Below are positions 14,778 to 28,440 of a DNA stretch of 64,000 nt, one piece after another. Position 1 is the stretch's first letter. Each line of letters starts with the position of its first letter. The position numbers and the translations under genes were made by a program. This DNA is from Octopus vulgaris. Taxonomy: Eukaryota. The notes under the pieces were generated by a model that worked only from the letters and a program-made list of their open reading frames with translations, did not search any database and was not told the DNA's origin. The DNA is taken from NCBI GenBank assembly GCA_951406725.2, contig OX597826.1, positions 5,208,001 to 5,272,000 on the forward strand. Reading direction: 5' to 3'.

Positions 14778-15261
14778 TAGTTTTATTTTTATAGCGTGCT
14801 TTCACTTCACTACCGAGCGCAGCTCTGTGTGCCTTGGGTATGTGCTGTGATTTGTTGTGATGCTCTGATGGTTATTGGATGGAAAGTGTTCTGCGTAGGA
14901 TGTGTGCAGTGCCTAGTAGTGCAATTTTCTGTATGTTATATGTGTTTGTAAGTCCTGGTGTTTTTGTTATGTATTTGTCTGAATATTTTTTTATCATGCC
15001 TAATGCACCTACTATGATAGGAATTGTTTCTGTTTTCAGATTCCACATTCTAGTTACCTCTATTTCAGGTCTTTGTATTTTGAGAGTTTCTCCATTTCTT
15101 TTAGAGACACGTTGTCATCTGCCGGTATTGATACATCAATTAGAAAGCATTTTTTTCTTCATGATCTCTGACAACTATATCTGGTCTGTTGGCCTTAATT
15201 TCTCTAGTCTGTGTGTATCGGCATATCCCAGAGTATGGTTGCTTTCTCGTTTTCTGTGACC

Positions 15262-15262
<1 letters not shown>
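14775..15262 (-). mobile_element. 5'-truncated R4/Dong-like non-LTR retrotransposon 3' end (restriction-like endonuclease domain + 3' UTR), frameshifted
   Basis: Joined frames read TILWDMPIHTD-REIKANRPDIVVRDHEEK-CFLIDVSIPADDNVSLKEMEKLSKYKDL-IEVTRMWNLKTETIPIIVGALG...LRRTLSIQ*. This is a PD..D..K RLE motif. (AAT)n flanks both sides. Confidence 0.85.
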
Positions 15263-15331
<69 letters not shown>

Positions 15332-15849
15332 CATTATTATTATTATTATTATTGTTATTATTATTATTGTGTAAACATCTCAATAAATGTATTTTCTCTT
15401 TGTCTTCTTCCCGACTTGACTCATGTTACACAGATTGTAAATTGGGAATGTTATAAACATTTTCAGAGAGCACGAAAATACTTGTATTATTTTAATACGT
15501 TATATTGTAAGATTCTAAAAAATACAAAAATAAAAATGAGTATATGTTGGAATTTCAATGAATAATATCTTTATTTATACCAAATCACACCAACTCTCAT
15601 ATGTATATACTTTTATTGTGTATACGCCAAGATGTCTGGAAAACAATGAAAAGCATCAACGGTATCGGAAATAATCTTAAAGGAAATAAATTACAATTTG
15701 TCAACACTTATCTCGATGATAGATACATAAACATTTACTCTATGTGAAATAGAAAAAAATATCCTCCAGACGAAAAGCAAATAAGTGTACATCTAAATTT
15801 TGAAACGAAGAATTTTCTGAAATTCTATCAACAGTTGTAAAAAAATAAC

Positions 15850-16400
15850 CCAAGAGAAAGTTTACTATCGCAACCTTTTGGGATATTAAGACTTAACGAA
15901 ACAAATTTAGAATAGGAAACATATGGAGAAAGAAAGAATATATGGACCAAATGGCAAAATTCTTTCAATTTACGAATATATAAAAAATAAACTTTCCTGA
16001 AGACATACAAATGTGAGAAATATGCTGAAATATATTCAAATTGGATTAGTTTAGCTGTACCCGTACTTCCTAACAGGTTCTTGGTTAAAAAAATTTTAGG
16101 AGACCCGGCGGAGGAAACTAAACTTAGATGAGAATTCACTATGATGAAATTCGGAATAGATATAGCCATTAACCCGTGTAAACAATCTCGTTTCACGATT
16201 GAATACGAAGCTTCTAGAAACACATTGAGGAAATATTTAAAAAATGAGTGTGGACTCGGGATATTTCAAAACAAATCAAGAAAGAAATTAAGACATTTGT
16301 AGCAGAGAAAACAGTCGTTTTTCGATGAATAAGCTGCAAATTATGATAAAGATTTCACAACACTACGAAATAGAAATGAAAGGAAACTCACTCGTTTCTG
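15850..16400 (+). pseudogene. decayed coding-like remnant, probably a retroelement N-terminal region
   Basis: One frame with scattered stops reads KYAEIYSNWISLAVPVLPNRFLVKKILGDPAEETKLR*EFTMMKF. Family not identified. Confidence 0.3.
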
Positions 16401-18791
16401 CAACATGCAGCAAACCACACGATAACATAAACTGTCGTCTGGCAGTGAATTGAGGTTTAAGTACTGAAAGAACTCTTTACTATGGTAAAATATAAGGAAA
16501 CATCATAATACACAGAAGATGCACCAAAACCATGAAGGTGACAGATAATCCTTGGATCAAAACATTACAGGAGGAAAAAAACCCCATAATGATGTCATTC
16601 TCAAGATTTCAAGAGTTCAATAGACATCAGTTAGATGTGATTGCCATTGGAATTTCTACGAGTTCACAAGTTCCAATTTTGGCCTCCCAATTTCTCCGAT
16701 TGTAATCACATGGACGACATTCTGCGTGGCGCGGTTGAGAATGATAATAAGCGCCTTGCCTGCAAATAAGCCAATATTGATGTGGTTTTCGAAGATCGTC
16801 CCACGGCCACGGTGCAGAACGCATACACTTAGATTCAGAGCCGTATTGAGGCAGATGGTGGAAGCTGAAGGTTTTTCCTTTGAGTGTTACCCCCCACCCC
16901 CAGCCTTCGTTAATAATTTTGTACATGTTAAGAAGGACCTTCTGATACAACTTGATATTGCCTTTATAATAAGCTCCGTCAGTGTGTTTAATAACGTCTA
17001 AGATGAAATGAATGTATATAAAGAATTGAGTGAATTTCTCTTCAAACCGTTTTTTGGTTCGATAACTGTAACTTTCTATTGAAAAGGATTTTGTTGTGGC
17101 CTCGTAAAAGGAAGAAATTCATCTTCCATAACATTTCTCAAGAAGTTTATGTCTGGTATGGGAGAAAAGAAAGAACTACTCGAGATTTCTATTTTCAACA
17201 GTGTAACGAGATATCGAGTTTAACCACTTGGCCAATGGCATTTTTTCAATATTGAGTCTGTTGAGCATAGCTTTACGAACATAAAACCTGCTTTTATAAC
17301 ATCAGCGCAACCTCTGCTGTACGATCGTTTTAAAATCATATTTGCACAAATGTAATATTTTAAATCTTTCACTGGAAGATTATCAAGAAATAGTAGGGCA
17401 AAATTTAAATAATCGGATAACATTCGCTAGAGGAATAGACAATAGTGTTGATTTCGAAAGTATTAGTAGAGGTTGATGTAAATGTAAGGAAAAGAAAATC
17501 AAATATGTCTCTTAAAAGTCAAAGAACAAAATTGATTGTCTTATATTTTCGAGGATCTATCTTCAAGCGCACAATTTGAAATCAACAGGATTCCAGTGAA
17601 GATTAAATTGTGATATACAGAATCAAAACAAGAGTGTTAGGACACAAGGAAGAAACATTTATACTCTAAATTGACTTGCTATGATTAGTAACAAAATATC
17701 ACTAAACGTTTGTCATACTATTTAAAACTGGGTTATATCGTTCATGTACAAGCTAACCAAAATGAAATGTAAGGAAAAATCAGGACTATAAACCATTTGA
17801 TCATTACTCTACTCAGTCAGAATCAACTTCAAACTAAGCCGCAATGAAAATAAAAAGAGATTTTGGACCATCTAATATGTACTTGTAGTGTGTGGATACA
17901 GATTGCAAAGAAATATAATATGATCTGAAGTTATTTTCAAAGTGGATACATTATTTATCAAATGCTATACAAAAATGAGACAAAGTTTCAGCAACGATAA
18001 AAATGAAAAAAGAAGGAAAAATAAAAATAAATATATGCAGAGAATAATCAGCATTTTAAATGTGGTTGAAAGCAAATGCAAGTGTAATCCCAATACAAAC
18101 AACTTCACATTAAATAAGGAATGTATGAAGAATCGTAATATATTGTGGTATCAGAATAAATGCTAAAAACTGCGAACAGGAGAGCTAAATTGAATCGACA
18201 GGAAACTCATTGCAAATTCCTTACCCAAAGCAACCCTATAGCTTCTTACAATGCAAACAGGGGAAATAGAAAGTTTTATTCAAATATATCTGGTCACTCA
18301 TGGAGAAAGGCGACAACGACGTAAACATTGAAACGGTGTGCCATTCAACATCGCGTCATCTTAGTAGGATTTCAAAACGTGTACATCCTGTGTCTGGCGG
18401 GTAAATGCAACATATTAAATGAGCCAATGAGACATGCAACAAAAATACCGCAATACTCTGTAAATGCAACATTAAGTAATATCTAAACATCCGAATAATC
18501 TGCAACAAAATTGCTGAAAATCTAGGTAGTTCTTGCAACACGTCAGTTTCGAAACACGGCCACAAAAGAATGTTAATCAGTAAGAAGCACTACAAATGAT
18601 GTGATAGGAAAATTTCCATTAACTATTCAAATTGTGAGACACGGAAAACTCGAGTAATAAAGTGATTTAAATCTTGATATATATGTATGTGTATGCGCGA
18701 GTATATGTGTGTGCGTATCTACATACATATATGCACATATATAAACCGCTATCCTCCTACATACATAACATAGTTAAAAGATGTGTGTGTG

Positions 18792-18850
<59 letters not shown>

Positions 18851-19976
18851 GTTCATATATATATGTATATATGTATATATATATATGTTCATATATTATA
18901 TTTATGTATATGCTTATATAAATAAATAAATATATATATATATATATATATAACTGTATATATATAAAGAGAAATTTCAAAGAACATACATCCATATAGC
19001 CAGCTTTATTTCTGTGCATACATATACATACATGCATATATATGTGTGTGTGTGTTGTGTGTGTGTGTGTGTGTTTCTATGTTTGTGTGAGTATGTATGT
19101 TTTGCGTGTGTGTATGTGCTTGTGTGTACGCGCCTGTGTGTGTGTGTGTGTGTGCCTGTGTACGTGTTTGTGCCTCTGCGCACAGTAGATATCCACATAA
19201 AATTCTACAATTTGTACGAGTAAGAATATATATATATATGAGAAATGCATGTACTACTTTTGATTCAATTTTCAAATCAACACTTTAAAACGATCTTGCA
19301 TTTATTCAAACATATTTCATTTCTTATTCTTAAATTGTTCTTATGTGGTTAATCAAAGTAATCTTACTGATAGATATGTATTCGCAGCACACATCTTAGT
19401 TGCGTTAGTGAAAAAGGTAATATCGTTTAATATTTCCAACCCAACATAAGAAATGCATAAGCAAAACGAATAATCTGTTCAAGGCATAATGTAAAGAAAC
19501 GTTAATTTATCACTTCTAGAGAATGTTTCATTAATATAACGAAAACTTCTTCAAAATATCATGTCTGAAAAAGATTCTTATTTTTATTTCGCTGTTTTAT
19601 CTACAGTTCTGTGTAAAATTGTGTAAATTAGTTAAAGTTAGTCATTTTTAATTCCGATTTTGTTCAATTCTTAAGGTTGTTGAAAGCGTAACACTTGATT
19701 ACATTTCATACTTTCCTGTTCAGTTCCACTGCATGTCGTCTTGAGCGAGGGTCTTTTACTATAAACCTGGGCTAACCCATGATTTGTCAATGAATTTGGT
19801 AGAAGGAAATTTGCAAAATTCCGACGTACATACATATATATTATGATATATCATACATACATTCATCGGGATTATACACACACACACACATACGCACACA
19901 TATTTTTTATTCTCTTACTTGTCTCAGTCATTTGACTGTTGCAATGCTGGAGCACTGGCTCTCTCTCTCTCTTTCC

Positions 19977-20012
<36 letters not shown>

Positions 20013-20095
20013 TTCTATGTATATACATATATACTGTTTGCAGCCGTATACTCAGAATGCACGAATTCAACACCTGTTTAGTATATCTTAAAATA

Positions 20096-20164
20096 CTGAT
20101 GATAATAATTTTAAATTTTACTAATTAATTTTCTGCAGGTCTAGAATTGAAACAGCTGTAAGAG
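20096..20164 (+). ncRNA. hammerhead-like motif in a Penelope-type terminal repeat
   Basis: CTGATGA ... GAAA CAGCTG TA agag, followed by AATAAA and a (TA)n tract. Confidence 0.45.
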
Positions 20165-20232
20165 ATGTTTGTCAATTTTTATTAATAAAGAATAATTTAA
20201 TAATTATCTCTCTATTTTCTTTCTTATTGTAA

Positions 20233-20271
<39 letters not shown>

Positions 20272-20313
20272 TTTATTATGCCTTATTAAAAAGCAGCATA
20301 AATGTCACAAAAA

Positions 20314-20351
20314 CAGCTACTCAGAGTTTCATGCTCCCGTTCGTCGGATAG
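20314..20351 (-). ncRNA. hammerhead-like motif, C4 family (same repeat as 25907-26061)
   Basis: Minus strand reads ctat CCGACGA ACG ggag CAT GAAA CTC t GAG TA gctg. Flanking sequence resembles the arms of the 25.9-kb palindrome. Confidence 0.5.
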
Positions 20352-20450
20352 TTTGTTTAGAATGGAGTAAAATAAAGTTATATGCTGAAATACAATTACT
20401 TTGATAGATACGCATTTGAAAATGGTTTTGTTTCATTTGTCGTGATGTAA

Positions 20451-20568
<118 letters not shown>

Positions 20569-20669
20569 GTATATATAGATATACATATACATACACACAC
20601 ACGTATATATATATATATATATAAATATAAACACGCACATATGTAAGTATGTTTATATATGTAACTATA

Positions 20670-20885
20670 TTCTTTTATTCTTTTAGAAGTTTCAGTCATT
20701 CGCCCGCGGTCATGCTGGAGAACCGCCTGTAGTCGAACAAACTGACACCAGAGTGTATTCTTTTTAAGCTTGCTACTTATTCTATCGGTGCCTTTTGTCG
20801 ATCCGCTACGTTTCGGGGACGTAAGCACACATGTATCGGTTGACAAGCGGCGGTAGGGTGTAAAACGCAGACACAGAAATGCACA
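20670..20885 (-). mobile_element. SINE family A 3' half
   Basis: Reverse complement of the family A tail (gtttcagtcatt...catgctggag...tattctatcggt). Confidence 0.7.
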
Positions 20886-20909
20886 CATACATGTGTGTAT
20901 ATATTATAT

Positions 20910-21002
<93 letters not shown>

Positions 21003-21899
21003 TAAGCGTTTAGGTGTGTTTATGCTTTAATTTTGTCAATCAATTGATTGTTTGACTTAAAACATAATGAACTACCTACGTAAATATATATCTTACTCTA
21101 AATTACGCAAGAAAAAGAAGAAAAAGGAAAAGGAGAGGATAGAATTTGGTCAGTGTGGTGTTTATACTAATTTAGCCCGCCTGTTTCTAGCCATCAATTT
21201 TAAGCTATTGTTCTCTGTTACAACTGTTTAATAGTATTATATACACGAATGATGCTCCTCAAACTCTTTATGGTTTGTGACAGACTGGGTGGGGAATTAT
21301 TTGCAAGTATACAAATCATCGACAGCTATGGTATTACTAATTATTTGAAATTTTAACATCTGTCTTATTAATTAACAGAAGCTCAAGTAAGTACAAAACT
21401 GTTCCCAGAAATAGGCAGAACTTGTAATCAAGGATTATAAATAAATGAGCTTTTAACACGTAATGTAACAATATGATTGAGAATACATGCATTCGTGTGT
21501 AAGAGGACTAAGTATCACTGGTACAGCTGTAATTGTAAGCGAAGATATGATTATTACATAGGGAGATAGTGTAAATTACAGAAGTCGTAAGGGAAGAAGA
21601 TACACCCAAAACAAAATCAAGACAAACCAAAGCGAAAGCAACAAAATTAAACTGGAAAATGGAAAAAAAAGGGAATGGAATTATGAAAAGGAAAGAATAA
21701 AAAATAAAAAGGATGTCGTCTCATCATCGAATAAATAGAGAAGGGACAAGGAAATGAAATCTATAATTCAAGGAATTAAGAAATTGACAATTACCATATG
21801 ATACAGGTATGTATTATCTCTGAGCTGCCTAGGGAGGTGTGCAGGTGTTGTAATATCCATTTGTTCACGTCATCAATTATCGAGGGAATGATCTTAAAG

Positions 21900-22277
21900 T
21901 TTTGTTGCAAAAATGTTTACATCTCACCGTTTGTTTCTGCCTCTAATTTCGGATGTTAAAATCTGACGTAAGTATTAACAGTCACTTTCGTTTTCACTAA
22001 ATCACAAGGAGGTGCAAAGCTCAATATTAACCGACAGACATTATATATTTCGTTTCGTTGTCTTTAAACTCCCATATTATCTTGCATAATTACGTTGATA
22101 TTTCCTTATAATTATGTTTAAATTCTAAAATGCGGTGATAATATTTAAATTTTAAACTTGTGCAACAGTTCATATAATGATAATTTTTTTTTATCCATAA
22201 GAAGTGAGCGTCTATAAATTACATGCTTCTTAAGGCATTGTTCACCTAACGGACAATTATTAGGGTCCCTACAATTC
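21900..22277 (-). pseudogene. Penelope-like element GIY-YIG endonuclease remnant
   Basis: NCRDPNNCPLGEQCLKKHVIYR... and, after frameshifts, IWEFKDNETKYNV. This is the Cys-rich lead-in and IW.LK motif typical of Penelope-like endonucleases. Confidence 0.65.
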
Positions 22278-22334
22278 TTCTTCTTCTTCTTCTTCTTCTT
22301 CTTCTTCTTCTTCTTCTTCTTCTTCTTCTTCTTC

Positions 22335-22366
<32 letters not shown>

Positions 22367-22875
22367 ATCCACACGTGTGTGTTTGTATGTATGTTTGTAT
22401 GTATGTATGTATGTGCTTCTCCCTCATCACTTGAATTTCACCACCGTTGTGGGTGCGTTTACGTTCCCTTGTAATAACCGTTGTGCAAAGAGAGGACAAT
22501 AGAATAAGACCAGATATCGAATAAGAACTGAAATCGATTAGAAAACTGTAAAAGCATAAAGGACTGGTTGATTATGTCTTCGATTTCGTTCCATACTAAT
22601 ACTTAAAGAAGTCTAAAACACAGACTGAACTGATTCATTACATTAAATATATACGTTATGTAATCGATGTAATATCATAGTTAAGTTTGTGAAAAGTCTA
22701 AAAGCCCGAAACAGACATGAGAAATGGAATTATGAAATTTCTTATATAGACAAATCTGAACCTGACTGGTACAGGGGTTACAAACACATGACGGATAAGC
22801 TAATCGTGGCTAAACTCGAACTCAAAAGGGAGTCCTTCTATTCGATGCGCTGTCATTGTATTATTATTTTTATTA

Positions 22876-22957
<82 letters not shown>

Positions 22958-22962
22958 TATTA

Positions 22963-23060
22963 ATAACCATCAGAGCATCACAACAAATCACAGCACATAC
23001 CCAAGGCAAACAGAGCTGCGCTCGGTAGTGAAGTGAAATCACGCTATAAAAATTGAAAAA
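22963..23060 (+). mobile_element. 3' UTR-only fragment of the R4/Dong-like element
   Basis: Near-identical to the reverse complement of 14775-14876. Confidence 0.85.
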
Positions 23061-23145
23061 ATTATTATTATTATTATTATTGTTACTATTATTACTACTA
23101 CTATTATTATTATTATTATTACTATTATTACTACTATTATTATTA

Positions 23146-23209
<64 letters not shown>

Positions 23210-23264
23210 TACTATTATTACTATTATTATTATTAATGTTATTATTATTAGTATTCTCCTTTTG

Positions 23265-23318
<54 letters not shown>

Positions 23319-24234
23319 CTACATTCAAATTAATCAAATAATATTGATAACTTCTATTGTTAATGCTACAAATGATGGACTTTTTCTTATTCCGTGTTGC
23401 ATTGATATAATACTATTGCTAAGTTGTTATCCCTGCACTAGTAGAGATAAACATACTGGTTTTAGTCGAGGATTAGAGGCATTAAAGTACGATGGTGGGA
23501 TCAGCCACGTTGGTGTTTATGTTCATCATATACCAGACTATATTGGTCGCAAGCCCAGAGGAGGAATTATATAATTGACCTTGACGGAATTTGAAATGAG
23601 AGCATAACATAACGTAACGAAATAATAGGAATCATTCTTCCGCCGCTCTAGCAACTCTGCCAATACATACCCCTTTGAAATACATACACTTGATTAATTA
23701 CTTGGTTAAAGCCTACTTAGGAATAAAGGTTTCTTATTGCCAAGGTCTAAAGAGTATATTTGTGTCGCAGAGGTAGGAGTCGAAGGGAATAGAAATGTGT
23801 CGTTTGCACATTTCTCATGCGTATTAATCACGTAAGTTAGAAGGACATAATTTTCCACCAGAAATAATCACAAGGTGCGAGAGAGATGGTTTGTGTCAAA
23901 CGCATAACTCTTTCTCGCTGAAACTCAACATGAACCGTTTTATGAGCATGAATATACACATGCTTATGAATATATTACGTTTCAGTGAGCATCGAGGTAA
24001 CAGAACGGAGATAGTTTCAAACATCTTATATTGACTGTACATTGTGTCGCAGTTGATTGAAGATTTATCTCTCTAACAATTTCTGAAATCTTCAGTATTT
24101 ATAACTTCGCTTTGTGTTGAATGAATCGCAATAATCTCTTTTTCTTTTCTTCTCTATCTGCCGCAGTGTCATGGACACTTTCTTTTAATGTGGCTGATGC
24201 ATTCTCTATCCCCCCATTTAATTGCTTTATGCTT

Positions 24235-24261
24235 AATAATAACGATGACAATAACAATAAC

Positions 24262-24314
<53 letters not shown>

Positions 24315-24337
24315 TGATGATGATGATGATGATGATA

Positions 24338-24419
<82 letters not shown>

Positions 24420-24474
24420 TAACAACAATAATAATAATAATGATAATAATAATAATAATAATGATAACAATAAC

Positions 24475-24543
<69 letters not shown>

Positions 24544-24583
24544 AATGATAATAATGATAATAATAATAATAATAATAATAATG

Positions 24584-24620
<37 letters not shown>

Positions 24621-24784
24621 TAACAACAATAATAATAATAATGATAATAATAATAATAATAATGATAATAATAATAATGATAGTAATGATAACGATAATA
24701 ATAATAATAATAATCATAATAATAATAATAATAAGAAGAAAAAGAATAGTAATAATAATGATACTTATAATAATAAGAGTAATA

Positions 24785-24841
<57 letters not shown>

Positions 24842-24965
24842 TCAATAAGAATAATTCATCATGTCATCATCACCATCATCACCACCACCACCACCATCAT
24901 CATCAGCATTGCATCATCATCATCACCATCATCGCCATCATTGTTGTTGTTATTATCATAATCGT
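24235..24965. repeat. long (AAT)n/(GAT)n/(CAT)n trinucleotide array
   Basis: Direct reading; explains the poly-N/D/I/L ORFs. Confidence 0.95.
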
Positions 24966-25716
24966 CACTGATTGTTATTATTTTATTGCTATAAGGATGA
25001 TGATGATAATAATCATAATGGTTTCTTACTATATCAGATATTGCTTGGAGTGAAATACCAAGGGCCGGTGGCGGGGGGGGGGACATCGGTCTATGCAATC
25101 GGCCCCTGTATACAAGAACCATCTCTTCCCCAGGGCTACTGTTACACAATGCTTTCAAGCATTGATGTTTATGAACATATGTTTGTGCTTCATTTAGTGT
25201 AAACACTGAAGAATTTGGCTCTAACCATTCTGTAAACCCTTCAAAAGATTCCGGATTTTCACAAACGTTAGGGCGGTGGAAATAATGTTTGACTCTATTT
25301 GATCCAGCTCTTTACATTCCTAGTTCAAATACAGCTGAAGTTGGCTTTGCCTTTTGCTTCTCGTCATCCTGTAGTTGATGAAATAAAGTACTAGCCAGTT
25401 ACTGGCTATGATATTTTATCGACTACAAACTTCCTTAAGCTTAAAAACCTTGTGCCTTTGTAAGAAATTAAAATTTTACTGTGTATCATACTTCTACAAC
25501 AATATATTACAACTATTGTTGGTGTTTCCGTTGCTATGGTTTTTGCATCAAGTTAGTTAAAGAAATGAACACGACGTACTTTTCTCTGTTTATCTAACGT
25601 TGTATAGCGTGTGGTTTCATTTTAATTTGAGGGTTAATTGAGAGATATTTGTATTAAATCGGACGGCTTCATCGAAGCCCCCTTGCATCTCGTTATTTCT
25701 CATATTTTATTGTATG

Positions 25717-25793
<77 letters not shown>

Positions 25794-25906
25794 GTGTATA
25801 ATATATATGTATATATATATATATATATATTTACACCGAGTAAACACATAAATGTGAAACAAGGTGGAAAAAAGAGTACTCAAATACCAGTGGTAGAGTA
25901 ATATGA

Positions 25907-26061
25907 TTTATTTAAATCAGCAGAAAATTCAACAAAACCTGTTACTCTGAGTTTCCGTTGCCGTTCATCGGACAGTTTTTGCTAGAAAAAACTGTCCGAT
26001 GAACGGCAACGAGAAACTCAGAGTAACAGGTTTTGTTGAATTTTCTGCTGCTTTAAATAAA
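25907..26061. repeat. 155-bp near-perfect palindrome with a hammerhead-like motif in each arm
   Basis: Arms of about 74 bp are centred on CTAG (25982-25985). The + arm reads ctgt CCGATGA ACGGCAACGA GAAA CTC a GAG TA acag. Confidence 0.9.
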
Positions 26062-26419
26062 GTATATATATATATGTATGTATATAAGAAAAAATCAACG
26101 AAAATGCACATTGTAAATTAAAAAAAAGGCTTCTTATGAAAGGTAACGACAAATATATACATTTAGATGGACTGAAGTAGTAATAAAAGTCATAAAATCA
26201 TTATTATGAGATGATTATAAAAGTCAGAAAGCAAAGCATACCGGCTAATGAGCGGTGTCAGGTCTAATAGTTCCCGATTAAAAAGATTATTTGTAAGGGA
26301 GGTAAGTAGTTCTAGATTTAGTGGAGTTGTGTTAGATATAGAATTGTAATGTGAATGGTGTAGGGAGTGTGTAGGGTTTAGTGGTGTTAATTGAATGGTT
26401 AGTGGTGTTCTGTATTGAG

Positions 26420-26550
26420 TTGTGTGTTCATATTTAGTTGGGGAAGATATTTATTGATGGAAATTGCCTCTTTATTCAACCTTTGTTGCATTGTGGTGTT
26501 CTGTGAACATTGATAGAAGGGGAATATTTGGAAATTAGGATTAAGAGGCA
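26420..26550 (-). pseudogene. Penelope-like GIY-YIG endonuclease C-terminal remnant
   Basis: Minus frame reads PLNPNFQIFPFYQCSQNTTMQQRLNKEAISINKYLPQLN, matching the R..KE...I....P.LN end motif. Confidence 0.6.
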
Positions 26551-26585
26551 TTTTTCATCAAGAAATATCTTCCCCAACTAAATAT

Positions 26586-27420
26586 ACCTCTGCAAGCCCT
26601 TCTCGTCCTGGACAATCCACCTGCTCACCCACATTACCTGGAAGATAACATCCTCGAAGGGTGCAAGTTTATAGAAGTTCTCTACCTTCCACCAAACACT
26701 ACCCTTATCTTGTAGCCCATGAACCAGCAGGGGTATTCTAATTTCAAGAATCTCTTCGCAAAGCACTTGTTCCGCCGCTGCTTTGAAGTGACGGAGAGAG
26801 CAAACCTCACCCTTCGAGAGTTCTGGAAGAACCATTATAACATTGTGATTTGCCTCACAGTTGCCGATATGGCCTGGCAGGGTGTTACAATGAGGATCCT
26901 GACCTCTGCGTGGAAGAAGTTGTGGTCTGAGGTTGTGTCTGAAACGGACTTTGAAAGACGAGAACCCGAAGCGGCAGTAGTGAAGGCGATTGTATCCCTT
27001 GGTAAGTCCATGGGCTTGAACGTGGATGAAGACAACATCAATGGACTTATCGAGGAGCACTCCGAGGATCTGACGACGGAAGAGCTAAATGTGCTAGAGA
27101 CGTTGCAGCACACGGAGATTTTGCAGGAATTAGTTGACGCGGAGAAGACGGAGGAGATTATCTCTACCAGTGCGAGAAAGTAAATGTTGGGAACGTGGGA
27201 AAAACTTTCAGACTTTTTTCAAAAGAAACAGCCGGAAGAAGTTGCAACTGGGCGTGATACGATGCTATTTCCTGATACTTGCCTAACTCATTTCAGAAAT
27301 GCTCGGAAAGTGAGGGTGAACAGACCTTATTGGACAGGTTTTATCAAAAACTCCTGCAGATGAAAGTGAGGAAAGCGTGGCGAAAAGGGCAAAAATTAGC
27401 GGATAAGATTCAGTTATTCA
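26586..27420 (+). pseudogene. Tigger/pogo-family transposase remnant (DDE_1 C-terminal half)
   Basis: ALLVLDNPPAHP...VLYLPPNTTLIL*PMNQQGYSNFK...TLREFWKNHYNI...AWKKLW...LIEEHSEDLTTEEL, with in-frame stops. Confidence 0.9.
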
Positions 27421-28440
27421 GTTCAGCCTTTCTCCTCCAACTCCGTCAGCATATTAAAGTCGTCTGATCTCCATGATAAATGCTGTACCTTATACTTAAT
27501 AAAACCAGCTTATTGCAGTACAGTCTATTGTATTGTTGTTTTTTTTATACAATAGTCGTTATTTATAAGTACAATGTTTCTTATTCAATCCTCTACCCCA
27601 TGTAATCGACTACCTAGCTGTTAACATTTCAAGCCGTGTGCCTATCGGTGAACTGATTATTATAAGGTTTTATTTAAAATTCATTTCAATTTTTATGCAA
27701 AGAATGAATTTACAATGACATTAAGTATGAAATTGCGAAGAACTGGACACTTGTCCTATAAACCGACATTTGAAGATGAATTAGGAAGCTCTACCTTTTT
27801 TTTATATATATATACATAAACAAGAGATATACGAAACGTAAAATATATCAGCAGAAGAATTAAATTTGCATTGAAGACATTTGACAGGCAACATGCTGCT
27901 CGGTAAACAGAATGTCTTGCATATGTTTAAAATATTATCAAACGATAAACAAGATCCTAGAAAGGAATATTCAGTCTAAAACTATATACATAAATCTCCT
28001 GTCGGCGAGTGTCAATCACAATGAAGGACATACGCTATAACCTATTAATCGATAGAAATGGTGGAGTAGTATTCCATAATTAAGTATCCCAAACGTAATA
28101 TTTCCTGGAGTTAGTCTTTTTTTTATATAAAAATCTGTGGCAATAGGATGTTTACATATTAATCTGCCCTTGAATGTACAAGTAACTCTCAGAAGATTTC
28201 ATTCAAGTTGCAGACACTAGTATAAATCGATTAAACTCATCCTCAGTACTTGACTGGTTCTTTATTTTATCCTCTCCAAATATCAAAGACAAATTTAATC
28301 TCAGTATGATTTAAACTCAGAACGCAAAGGCCTCCGACTAAATAGGACAAAGCCGTAAGTTTATCCCGTCCTCAAGCGATATTGTCCGTACACCAAGCTG
28401 GTCACTGTAGTGCAGTACGTCACTTTCTCTTAAAATGATA

